Assembly (NCBI GenBank): GCA_951406725.2 | Contig: OX597820.1 | Coordinates: 43,462,001 to 43,526,000, forward strand | DNA length: 64,000 nucleotides | Source: Octopus vulgaris | Lineage: Eukaryota | Direction of reading: 5' to 3' | Part shown: in pieces, positions 26,091 to 40,327 of the stretch | Position numbering within the stretch: position 1 is the first letter of the stretch | How the letters are laid out: each line of letters begins with the position of its first letter | Made by a program: the position numbers and the translations under genes | The notes under the pieces: model-generated | Databases searched by the model: none | Told to the model about the DNA's origin: nothing | The model's input: the letters and a program-made list of their open reading frames with translations, nothing else

Positions 26091-26900
26091 TGTGCAACAA
26101 CGTGAGTGAAGTGAATTCCATCAGAAATCAAAGCAGAGATGTTATGATTTATACAGAAGGTGGAACATGTAAAGATTCCCATTTGGTGCACGCTGCAGAA
26201 TGCACGAAACACAATTTATGCTGGTTGTACAAGGGAACAATTAAACAAAAGGTTTAATGGCCACAGATTCGACGTGAGGCACAATAACAATAGTTCGACA
26301 GATTTTACTGAACATTTCGTTTCAAGCGGCTGCAATTTTGAAGAAGACTTGAAAGTGCATATTCTCAAGAAATATTCTGAATCTTGCTTCACTTTCACTT
26401 CTCAGAATGTATGAGGAAGAATATGTTTGCGTGTTATTTCGTCTAATTCTGGGATTTGATGTATATGGAATTCACTTAGATATTTCTTTGCTTGAAAAAC
26501 ATCATACTCAGTAACAAAACGTTACTGAGTATGATATTTTCTTGTTTTCATGCTGGGGGAATGAATAAAAAGAGGGGACAATATCATCAAATTTGTACAA
26601 AACTGTTTGATTAAATATTCTTCTTTCTCTCTCCTTCTTTCCTTTTTTCTGACGTCTTCTTTTTTCTGTTTTTTTTTTCTGCCTTTTTCTTTTTGCCTGT
26701 TATAAAATTATAACTTAAAAACTGATGATGTCATTCCATCAACGTGTGGACGCTGGTTGCTCTCGTTCATACTTTACATTTAAATTTCTATAACTTTGAA
26801 TTTTTATCACTTTTTATTTTGAATTTGACAAAGACAGACTTACTGTTGAAATATCGTTCAACTAATAAAATATCTTATAATCGAATCGCGCTCTTCGTCT
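26091..26900 (+). mobile_element. Penelope-like element 3' remnant (GIY-YIG endonuclease plus pLTR)
   Basis: GGTCKDSHLVHAAECTKH / IYAGCTREQLNKRFNGHRFDV...FTEHF...GGMNK, followed by a hammerhead-like motif and AATAAA at 26864. Confidence 0.8.
26819..26861 (+). ncRNA. Minimal type I hammerhead ribozyme-like motif (U3:A8 variant)
   Basis: TTGAAT (stem I)-TTGACAA-A-GACAG actta CTGTT (stem II)-GAAA-TA-TC-GTTCAA (stem I', 6 bp including one G-U), located in a Penelope pLTR. Confidence 0.6.
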
Positions 26901-26944
26901 TGACTGTTTACCTTTGTGAAGAGTTACGTCAATCCGTTTTAAAA

Positions 26945-28440
<1,496 letters not shown>

Positions 28441-29207
28441 TGTGGAGATCTTTATTATTCATTCCAGTTGGATGTATTCCACTGAATTTTAGGTAAATAA
28501 TTCTTCGACCCTTCGAATAGATGGTCAGTAGCAACACTTGCCTGGTTCGGCTCCTCTACATTGATAAGGGGCAAATACCCTAAATACCCTGAAACTAGTC
28601 TGTAGACTCCAGACCAGCAAGGGGAAGTGGCTGACATCCCCTATTCGAAGGTTATAATGGACACAGGTTCGTGGGTCACATAGCTAGCTAGAGGCGATGC
28701 CTCTTGGAGTTAATCAACGGCAGCATTCGTCCTATTTTTCTGCACTGCCATGTTAGGTTGGCGATAACTATTGATAAAAACTAGAATGTTTTACCTGTAA
28801 TTACAGCTAAATTCACCAAACCATTATTTATATATCCTGTGTTTGTCCGAAGTTCTACGCCGAGAATTGGCGTAAACAGCAATAAATGAATACACAAGGG
28901 AAGAATCATACGATCACAATCAAATCTCTTGGACTATAATTTTCATGCGTCTACATGAGTGTGTATGCGACGGTGTATGTACGTGCATGGGCGTCTGTGC
29001 GCGCGTTTATGTTTACACACACGAACACACACATACACATATTCGTAATTTATATTCCGCGTAAGGGATTAATATGAAGCAGGAAATATTTAAAGAATTA
29101 AATTCTATTGAATGCTCCACCCACTACTGATGGGCGAAATATACTTCTGCAGATCAAATTAATAGTAAAATAATCAAGTCAATAAAAATGCACATGCCTC
29201 GCTCCTT

Positions 29208-29213
<6 letters not shown>

Positions 29214-29290
<77 letters not shown>

Positions 29291-29325
29291 GACAGAGAGA
29301 GAGAGACAGAGAGAGAGAGACAGAG
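29214..29325. repeat. (GA)n/(GACA)n microsatellite
   Basis: Directly visible. Confidence 0.95.
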
Positions 29326-29699
29326 ACATTATCAGGATAAATCCAATAATCTAAATTACGGCCTCGGTTGTCACAATGGAAAGTGGATACTTCTTCAAAA
29401 TTGCTGACATTGAGACATGTCAACCCGAATAAAAACACTGAAAACAATTACATGGAGGGAGTTGAAATAAATAAAGTAAAAAGAAATACGCCTCGATACA
29501 TAATGAAACGGACAACAAAACGTAACAAAGGAAAACGCGAAAAAGAAACAACAGTTCAGAATTATAACATGCAGAATTACGGGATTACAATGTAACTCTA
29601 CAAGAAATGCATGAAATCAAAGGACCCGCAAAACAACAGACACTCGGTAAATGGCAAACTATAAATAAAATTTTTAAATCCTCATTTTGAAAATCGAAA

Positions 29700-30670
29700 A
29701 CGTTTCTCTGAATAAAGCAAATAGTTGAACATCAAAAGGAAAGGATTTTATCAAAAACGAAATAGAAATCAATGCATTGCCAAGAACGTGAGATAAAAGA
29801 ATTTCAGGAGATGATTAGACAGAAAAATTAATCCCAACGACATCTTTCGAAGGCAACTAATGCAGCGTCTCGGTAATCATGGGAACAACGCATAAATTCT
29901 TCAGAATGTTCCCGAAAATAAATAAATAAACATCTAGGGGGAAACGATGAGTGGTGGTTGCAAAGGTTTTTATTAAAATACAAGTTGGTCACAAAAGGCT
30001 TGCAAAAATATTTAATGATTTGCTGAAAGGAGCCGAAGGAACTTTTAAGGGGCTCACACCTGGAAGAAAATATCTCACTCCCTATATACATTCGACCAAA
30101 CGCTGACTTACCAAATGTCTCACTCACTCTTGAAACTATATAGCCATAAAACCTGTCTGTGTACAGAACAGAGATGAAAGTGATATGTCGTAAAGATCAA
30201 TTACTGATCATTAAAAGAATAGCGTAATTTATTTAGGATTAATTTCCTTAAAAAGACTCACACTCAATACAATTTTCTGGCTTCTGTAAATATTAGTACG
30301 GGAGCAGTAATAACAATCAGACACAAGACCATCACCAGATAAAAGATAACCAACTTCGTATACGCAAACCAGAAGGAATTTTAAAACACAATTCTCAATA
30401 GGTATTTCCTTGAAATTAAATCTTCCTTCGTTTCTTCTTGTTGCTAACAATTTTAGCTACAATACTAAACCAGTATATCTGGAATATATATTTTTAGAAT
30501 ACAATTACACATTCTACTTCTGGTTTTTATGCTACAGATGACAAGAAACTGCAAACAAACACTAATTGACAGAATATACCGATTCAATAAAATGTTTTAC
30601 ATGAAATTTGGTTTGGGAAAACGAAGCAAGACAACGTAAGGAGAATTACAAAGATATTCTAATATGATGC
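29700..30670 (+). mobile_element. Highly decayed RTE(BovB)-like LINE fragment
   Basis: DFIKNEIEINAL (cf. DWFDEN..EI), GNDEWW, YLG and NYKDIL motifs in the expected order across frameshifts. Confidence 0.4.
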
Positions 30671-31148
30671 AAAAAATAAGAAACAAAGATTCCACCAAAC
30701 ACGGACTTTTCAATACTTACAAAATGTCCGCTTCCATTTATTCTCTGAATTTTTACTTAAAGTGTTTTCAATTCCGAAAGTGCATGGCTAAAATTAGCCA
30801 GACACCACTTTGAAGGTACGGCATCATTTTTCATAAAATATATAACAATTTTTGTTTGAAGTCTGATGTTTGATTTTAACACATAGTTGAATTTCTACAC
30901 CACCACTCAATCAGCACTTCGGACGTTGAACTTTTTTTGTAGATTGCTGTAAACGTGTCCAATGGCTAATCGAAACATGACGATATTCATACTCTTCAAG
31001 AAAGAAATAGGATTCACCTCCCATATTTCATTGCTTACCGCTTTCTTCACTCGTTTATTTGGGGAGCTTGATTTTCTATTGGCCGAGTGAATTTGCCACT
31101 ATCCAATTCTTACTCTCATCCAACTACCTGTTTCTTTCTTTCTTTCTC

Positions 31149-31185
<37 letters not shown>

Positions 31186-31299
31186 CTCTCTCTCTCTCTC
31201 TCTCTTTCTTTCTCTCTCTCTCTCTCTTCTCTCTCTTGTCAGAAGGCGTTGTTGGGGATACTTCTAGCTGAGGATGCGATAGTGGCTCCACGGAGGACT

Positions 31300-32060
31300 G
31301 TTTGTTGCATTGAATGACATCGTTATCATTTCACACTTTCCCGAGCCTCGACGGTTCAGTATTCTTGGACAGTAATGTTCTCGGAGACGTTGTTTTCATG
31401 AGTGTTTATGTTGTTTTTTCCCCTTTTCTCTCTTTTCAGATCCCTCTCAGTAGAAACACTTCACAATGTAAGTCCCAGGCATTCTTCCATGTTTTACCGG
31501 ACTTATCACCTACCTCAATCCTCTTTGTATGAAGTTCAGTAATGGGATTGCAGTTGTCTTCGATGGTATCATGGCCTTCATGCCTAAGCAATCTCCAACA
31601 ATTCCATAACACCTAAGTGATCACCACTTAACTCTGTGCCACAGAGATGATAACGTGTCAAAATTTAACGTTCTCACTAATTTCCCTTTGTTCTTATATT
31701 TTGTTACGTGATTTTTAATGTCGTCACCAACCCAATGTAATAAGTCTTGTGCACTAGTTGCACCAACATTTTTGTCTCATCATCACATCTTAAAACCAAG
31801 TACATGTTTCTATATGAACTACCCATATGAATGGAGCACACAGGATGCGATACAGCATGTCGCACAATGTGCCATATAGTGTGCCGCACAACGCAACACA
31901 CATCGTCTAATATTGCTTATTGCTTTCAGCTGCTCGTATAAAAGCACATTGAAGCCCCTTTCGGCATTTGTGAAGCAGAGGAATATTGTCTCCCTTCTTT
32001 CTCGTATTTGAGTAGGTTAATCAGGCAAAAACGCATCATCCTCTCTTTTGTGTTTTGTAT
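31300..32060 (-). mobile_element. Decayed piggyBac-like transposase fragment
   Basis: EYKNKGKLVRTLNFDTLSSLWHRVKW*..CYGIVGDCLGMKAMI resembles the PGBD C-terminal YN..GGVD..D...R..KW...D....A.I segment. Confidence 0.35.
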
Positions 32061-33380
32061 TGTTATTCTAATATATAGCCCACTTTCGACCCTTATAAAC
32101 TTTCCCTTTGTCTTGTAATGCTAGCAAAGGCATTAATACTCTTCTAAATTTCTTATCAGTTTACACTGTTATTTCACGTGAAACTATTGCTTAAGCTTAG
32201 GTTGGGCAAATTTGCCTTTTCGTATCTCATATGAAGTCTGTATTTGAACATGCATCTATTTGTTGAATTGTTAACTTTTTGCTAAAATGTTTTAGAATTT
32301 AGCTTCTCGATACGTTTATCAATTTTGTTTTCAGGTCTGAAAATGATTTGGTCTTGGTGTATATATCAAGTGCTACTATATTAGCACTTGTTGTCAAATC
32401 TCTAGTTGAATGTAAGCAGAAGGAAATTTTTCTGGTGTTAAAACAACGCCAAAAAGACAGATATTTTTCTCACACAGAGACCAAAACAGGCTTCCAAACT
32501 TTCCCAAATCCTTTGTTTGTAAAAACAAACTCGGAAAATGTCTAACCCACTGAGGAGTGGGTTAGAAAACTCTTCCGATCGCTCAAGAATACAGTAATAA
32601 TGCTTCTAACATTTCTAAAATTTGGAGTAGATAATCGACGATATCGCAGACCCACGTACTTCATTGGTATTTTATTGTAACGAAACCGAAAAGACGAAAG
32701 GCTATGTCAATCTAGCTACATCTACGTTTAGAATGAAGACCCCCATCGAGCGATGACCATTTCACTAATATATACAACAAAATTTTAGAGGTCTAAACTA
32801 TGGAAATGTGTTTAGCTTTGACGGGAAATTTCATGTTGCAATTAATATAGGCGGTATAGGAAAAGAGGAGTACAAAAAGATGCGTAAACTTAAAATCACT
32901 TAACATGTCTGAGTCAATATCGTGACAAGCAAATGATACCAAAGGCAACACAAACTAACGGCATATGACTGAAAAGTCAACACGATTATATAGAGAGCCA
33001 ACCGTGCACATCTAACAGTACGAGCAATCCAGCACTACAGGTAGAATTATTTATCAAAGTCAATAAAGAAAATAGGTTTCCTTCAAACGTATAAACGCTA
33101 AAGAACAAAAAAAAATCTATTTCATCTCTAAAGTTAATATTAGTAATAGACCGAAAACCTGTGATTTTAATAACGACTCGATGTGGACTATTAGATATTT
33201 AATTATATACACGCAAACGAATGAATTCGAACGTATATGAATAGTTACCAATATACTCATACACGTACACGCATACACATAAACATGTGTAAATATGTAT
33301 ACATATACACATACATTATATGTCTATAGATATATTATAGGCACGCGTATATAGGTATATATCTTCTTATATACCTTTAC

Positions 33381-33445
<65 letters not shown>

Positions 33446-33446
<1 letters not shown>

Positions 33447-33825
33447 TAGCAGTATCGCCCGGCGTTGCTCAGGTTTGTAAGGGAAATAACTATAAAGCAT
33501 TTTTAGAGAGTTATAGCCAAAAAATAGCCAAAAAATGGAAAAAAATGATGGTAAATTTTTATTTGAGAGTTAAAAAGGTGGAGTTGCGTCCCCTAGACAG
33601 TTTGTGGTTCGTGTTTCTGATTCTCGACCCCATGTCGAATTTATCGATTTTTTTCACAACTGGGGGAACTTTTCAAAATTTTCGCTGCGTTAGTTTTGAA
33701 TTATGACATTGGGCTATGTGTGTGTAAAGTTTCATCAGAATCGGTTGAAAGCCGTGGTCAGGGTGGGGGTACAAGCAAACAGACACACAGAAACACACAC
33801 AGACAAACTGCCGTTTATATAGAGA
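33446..33825 (-). mobile_element. Non-autonomous Helitron
   Basis: Minus strand 5' TC (TCTCTATATAAAC) ... subterminal GC-rich hairpin-like GAGCAACGCCGGGCG ... 3' CTAG, inserted between A and T in (TA)n; shares 3' end with 58268-58665. Confidence 0.85.
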
Positions 33826-35057
33826 TATATATATATATATACATAAATATATATATATATATATTTATGTATATATATATATGTTTGTATGTATGAATGT
33901 ATATATTCATACATACACACATACATACGTGCATGCCTATATATATGTGTATGTATAATTATGAATATATATGTATGTATGTATATTTATATGCATATAC
34001 ACATAAATCATATAAATCCCCAAAACGACGTAAGTCACAATTTTAAGGTATATACATATATACACATGATAACTGGGATGTGTGTGTGTGTATTTTTCAC
34101 AATATATGAATTCAGGTAATCTGGTAGTACTCATAATAAAGCTCTTTAATGAATCAATATACAACACTTATAGAACATACAGTACGATATCTACAGGATA
34201 TATAGCGCGTTACATCGAGAGTTTAGTATGTAACAAAGAGTGTCGTTCACCCGACGACGTAGCTTAAATTCTGCCAGATTTTTAAAAGATTTTTTTGCAT
34301 TTTGCATTAATGCAGATATGTAAGTAATAAATTTATTACTAAGTATAATAATATACATTATTTCCATGTTTTAAGTTACGAAACAATTTGTGATGTTATT
34401 TGAATTACCGTGTTGTTAAATAAAATCCCATGTGTATGTGTGTGTGTGTGAGAGAGAGTGCGTGCGTGTCTGTGTGTATGTTTGTGTATGCACACATATA
34501 TATATATATACATATGTATATACACATATATATGTACACACCCACACATGCACACACACACACACATATTTATTTATTGAGTGTGCGTTGAAAATTTACA
34601 AAAGGTTTAGAAATATTCACAAAATGTAGGCATTCCTGACTTCTTTTGAAATCATCTTAGAATTCTAATACACACTAACTGCACATACAATTATTTATAA
34701 ACTAACTAATCACCCACTATATGTTATGCAAATTAATCTAGATGTTGCACATAGACTTCCTAAGTCCAAGTTTTGTCTGATTTACATAGCAACAAATCTG
34801 AAGTTTTCCACTTAAGGAAAAGTTTACATGGGTGATGGCCCTACTAGAGTTAGCCGAGCTGTCATGAAACCTATTAGCACAGATGTATGAGAGGTTTACA
34901 TAAGGCGTATATGTTTGTTTATTTTCGTCAACGAGGGAGTCACTAAGTATAGCGTAACTGCATTAAATATAATTTAGCCTTTCCAATACAGTCAGTGCGT
35001 AAAATTATTTACTTACTATCTCTTTTGTGTGTGGGGTGGTGTTTGAGAGAGAGAGAG

Positions 35058-35119
<62 letters not shown>

Positions 35120-35171
35120 TAATGAGGAACTGTATACGAAAATAGTACAGAACGCCAGACATGATGTATTT

Positions 35172-35535
35172 CTCTTTTATCTTACATTTGTATCAGTTAT
35201 TAGACTGTGGCCATGCTAGAGCAATGCCTTGAACGGTTTTAGTCGGAAAGATCGGCTCCATTACATATCTTTAATTCTAGTACTCATTCTACCGTTCTAT
35301 TCAGTCGGACTGCTGCATTAAGGGAACGTAAATCAAACACCAGTTGTCAAAGAATGGAGGAGGACAAACAAATACACTAACATACACACACACACACATA
35401 TATATATATATGTGTGTATGGCATAGGTCAACCAGGGGCTATAGTAGAAGAAACTTCCTCAAGGTTCTGCAAAGTGGAACTGAACCTGAAACCACGTGTT
35501 CGCAAAACTAGCTACTTAAAAGAACATCTATGCCG
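35172..35535 (-). mobile_element. SINE family B (internally deleted)
   Basis: CTGTGGCCATGCTAGAGC...ACCAGTTGTCAA...GGGGCTATAGTAGAAG...GGAACTGAACC, homologous to 42875-43310. Confidence 0.75.
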
Positions 35536-36239
35536 ACGATTATAATGCGCCTATATTATGTTGATAATATACTGAAAGGTAAGCAGTTTATGACTCACAT
35601 ATACGTGTGTCACACTTTCATCGGTACCTATCTAAATGGGCATCTAATAGATCAGATATTTGCTTTCGTACCTATAAGTGTAAAACGTGTGAGTCATTAA
35701 CGGCTGCTTACCTACAAATACATGCACCGATGTGTGTGTGTATATACATATATATATATATGCGTATGTTTGTGTATGTGTGTGTGCGTGTGTTTTGGGT
35801 GTATGTGCAAATGTATACCACGAATATATATATATATATTCGGGGTAAGGGGTAAGCATTTGCAGATATAGATAGATATTTATATATTTATATATACATG
35901 TCTGTATATAACTATGTAGATAAAACAAGATTCATGCATAAATATATGCATGAATACATTAATACATGCTACCATATATATTCATAAATATGTGTATATA
36001 ATTAATGTGTGTGCGTGTGTGTGCACATATTGACATACGCGAAACATAGTACAATTTTAGTTCACCTAAGCTATACGCTTATTCACTTTAAATGCGCAAT
36101 CAAATAACTCATAAATGGCGCTATGATTTTGTCTGCAAAAATTAAAAGAACAAGAACAAAAGACCTACATTTCACAGTGCGCACAGTCTACTTTTGAGTC
36201 TTTTTGTACTCTATCGACCTTATGTGTCTCTAGGTGCTA

Positions 36240-36445
36240 TATTGCTTTCAAATTTTGGCATATGACCAACAACCTCCAGGAAAGAGGCGAGTCGATTACA
36301 TCAACCCCATTGCTCAAGTGGAACTTATTTTATCGACCCCAGAAGGAAGAAAGGCGAAGTCAATCTCGGTGGAATTTAAGTATAGACAAAATGCCTCTAA
36401 GATTTAGCCTGGCGTCCTAACGATCTCGCCAGCTCCTTGCCTTTC
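36240..36445 (-). mobile_element. SINE family A monomer
   Basis: GTCGATTACATCAACCCC...TTTTATCGACCCC...CTAACGATCTCGCCAGCTC. Confidence 0.75.
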
Positions 36446-36949
36446 ACTAAGTGATATATGGGCTGTCTTCAATGTAGCAACCGAAAGCACACCTTCTAAA
36501 TACTCAATCGAACATAACGGTGAAAGAGAAGCAAACTTCTTACTACACATCCACGCCTGCGCCAATATTTTTATAAATGCATTTTTATACGTTTAATTTG
36601 GGTAAAAGAAAATTTAGAAAATGTAAATCTATTGGTTTCTGGCAGTTTGAATCATCTTTTGGGCATTTGTAAAACGAAAGATCTTAAATCTGCTGTTTCT
36701 GCGTATTTCCAAAGTTCTTGCTCTGCGGAATTTTACGGAATTTCTTTTTATATGAACAGTTGTCTGTGGATTCTATCACGCTGGAAAGATAAATTGTCTG
36801 TTTCGCCGATATCATTCTCTTTGAAATTGTGGTGTAGTAGATATTTTTTTTCTTGAAGTTCATATCTACATTTATTTGGAGTGACAGCTCACTTTTAAAC
36901 TTTATATGCGAACCAGTATCCAAATATTTGAAGTTGTAGTTGTTGCAAC

Positions 36950-37630
36950 ATATTCACATCTATTCACGACCGTAAACTCCGAGAAGCTGTGGATCAGGCG
37001 AATGCATACTGGAAGCAAATGCGATTGTTGAAGCAGTCTGCGAAAGGCGGTGTTTACTCGGTAAGTACAGCGCCCAGAGGAGGGGAAACATCGATACCAG
37101 AAAGAAGGGAGAAGTCTGTGCAATAGCTGCAATACAGCAGGGAAGAAACCTGAAAGGAATTAGGGCTTGTAACCAGGAGTAACTTAACTCCTTTTCTAGC
37201 AAGGAACCCTTGAGTACTAACCAGGGAAACTCGTCCTTCTTCATAGGTATTGTAACTGAACTCTTATCAATACCAGATAACTAAAAATATGTGAGAAAGA
37301 GGAAGCTCCCTCCCATCCTGTAAGCAGTCTGGAACAACTCTTTGAATCCAGGATCACATTTCTACGGGATGAGTTAGTGGAAGAAGGTTGATAAGAGTGG
37401 AGTTATGGCAGTGTCCGTATAGAAACTCCCTAGAGGGCAAACTTCGGTGAATTAAAACAATCCAAGTGTACGAAATTCTTTAGAGAAAGTAAAAAGAGTC
37501 CTAAGAGCAAAGCAATGGCAAGGGAACCATTTTCTATCTTGCATCCAGACTCATACTGGGAGATGCGAAAGAACCACAAGAGCAATGGTTTCAAAATAAG
37601 AGCTTCCGTGTAGTTTCTGCGTAGTGAAAA
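36950..37630 (+). mobile_element. Tx1/L1-clade LINE ORF2 C-terminal remnant
   Basis: WQC.YRNSL..GKL followed by a degraded Cys/His region, consistent with a zf-RVT segment; no intact frame. Confidence 0.35.
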
Positions 37631-37693
37631 ACAGCACCGATGTTTATTTCCCACGCAAAAATATACACACAGACACAGACACACAGACACACA

Positions 37694-37739
<46 letters not shown>

Positions 37740-38404
37740 TACGCATACGCACACATGTTCTCTATCCCCACATCTCTCTCTCTCTATATATATATATATA
37801 TCTATCTATCTATCTATCTATCTATCTGTTTATCTATCTCGCTTCTGCACATCAACATTATTTGAACTTGTATCCTTAATTCACTTTAAAATAGATTCGC
37901 ACGATCCTCGTCTTCTCATCCTTTCATGTAAAGTCAATATCTATATTTTATTTGTATCCTTTATCCAACTTGGCATTATTTTTACTTGGTTTTTGCTCAT
38001 GCGTTGATTTTTCCTCTATCCTTCATTTTCTACTCTTTGCAGTTTTCAATTTCGCAAGTCGATATCAGTATTCCCTATTTTTCCTTCAATACTCCATTCC
38101 TCATATGTTACGGTTCTTGGATGTCCCTGCTCTTAGTCACGATTCATGTACCCAGTTTCTTTGATTTCACCCAAATATTCATGTATATTCTTTGTATCGT
38201 TCTAAATATTTTATCTGTCAACTCGCGTTTTCCGTTTGCATCTCTCGTTTTATGATATTTTCGTTCTCTCTCTGCCTCTCTGTTTCTCTCTCACTTACTC
38301 TCTTTCTCTCTCTCCATCTTTCTCTCTCTATTTTTCTCTCTCTATCTCTCTGTGTCTTAATATAGCTGACGCTATATTCATATTTATATCGTTTTCTGTG
38401 CATT

Positions 38405-38406
38405 GA

Positions 38407-38499
<93 letters not shown>

Positions 38500-38518
38500 T
38501 TATATATTATATTATATA

Positions 38519-38554
<36 letters not shown>

Positions 38555-38568
38555 TGTATGTATGTATG

Positions 38569-38636
<68 letters not shown>

Positions 38637-38640
38637 CACA
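38405..38640. repeat. Compound (TG)/(TATG)/(TA)/(GA) microsatellite
   Basis: Directly visible. Confidence 0.95.
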
Positions 38641-38829
38641 TATATCCTTCATGTACTTACAGACATGAATATTCGTGTGTGTGTGTATATGTTCGCTTTT
38701 ATATCGGGAATCATTCCTTTGTTTCTTTCCATCAGATTTTCCACCTCTGGAATATGTCTTCATGCTCGTAGCACCACCATTCTTTGTCATTGCTTGTCCT
38801 GTTGTAATTCACTCACTGTTTTTCACTCC

Positions 38830-38881
<52 letters not shown>

Positions 38882-39112
38882 ACTCTTTGTTTATCTTTCT
38901 TCCAGCTTTCTATTCAATCTTTTTTTCCATTTCCCCTTTTCCCAGACTCTCATACTCCATGAAATATGCATTCTCTCTTTTACTCAACTCAGGTTCGTAT
39001 ATTTTTCCGTTTCCTTCCACAGTTAACGTTCACGTCATAAAATATTTCCCTCTCAGTATCTAAGTATCTTTTTTCCTCACTACACTCACTACACCCCTCT
39101 CTTCACCATCTC

Positions 39113-39155
<43 letters not shown>

Positions 39156-39168
39156 GGCTCTTTCCCAC

Positions 39169-39209
<41 letters not shown>

Positions 39210-40271
39210 GTTTCTGTATCCATTTTCTTAAAATATATTTTACTGTCTTTAAATCTTCGAAGACACTACCTTTTTTTTTTACCTTTTCCTGACTTCCCAA
39301 CGTCCGATTCATGCCTGGTATTTCTTTGATTTGCCTTCGAATAATTACATTTACTTCTTGTTTCCCGTTGCTGCGTTTCCACAATCTTCGCTTCTCTCTT
39401 TCTTTGTTTATTTCTTTCTCTTCCATTTCTCACTTTCTCTTTTCTTCCCTTACCTTCTTCGCCTCCTCTTTAACTTCGTTACTTTTTCTCCTGCAGTTAT
39501 TTCTCATTCACCCACCCCGGCTTTTATCTGCTAAACTATTTCTGCGACTTGTTTATTTATTTATATTTCTCATAACTGCCTCCTCCTGGGATGTATTACC
39601 ATTATTAAGCACATCTTTCTTTTCTAGAGCAGCTCCCACGTGACTTACCGATGACTGATGACCAGCCTTTGGGACTGCATTATTCTCGTTTAGACTGTTC
39701 TGAAGTCTGAGATAATTACCATATAGGCGCCGTTCTGAAAGTGGTTGTTCATAGCCCGATTTCTTTATTTTGAATGCTTGGAATCGGTATTTGTTCTGAA
39801 CCTTACCTGTTTCTTGGTATTATGAACCAGCTGTCATGTGACCTGCTTTAACTATATAGCTTTTTCAGTTGTCATCGGGAAAATATTGCCTGCTTACATG
39901 CCTAACACAAGATTCAAGACAGCACATAACACCATTACATTCCTTACATACAATAGTTTATCTAGAAGTCTGAATATGAACAAGAATGAAAATTATAAAA
40001 AAATACTTACGAAATACAAATACAAAGAAAATTGAATTAACATGCAAATTTTTAAAAAAATTATTTCAAGAAAACTAAATTATTTTATTTTCTATAGAAA
40101 GTATTTATACAATTTTGTATAATTAGAGGCAAAACGTTATTCGCAATGTTATGTTTAAAAGGGACAAATATTCACACGATTTTGCATGTCATGATGACAT
40201 TGTCAATTATGTCACCGCGTATCTCTATATCTTTACATACGCAATATACATACATACATCTATACATATAT

Positions 40272-40327
<56 letters not shown>

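Noticed and set aside
26722-26760. Canonical CTGATGA hammerhead core upstream of the variant motif
   Set aside because: No GAAA follows the possible stem II (GTC...GAC is followed by GCTGG) and no stem I partner was found
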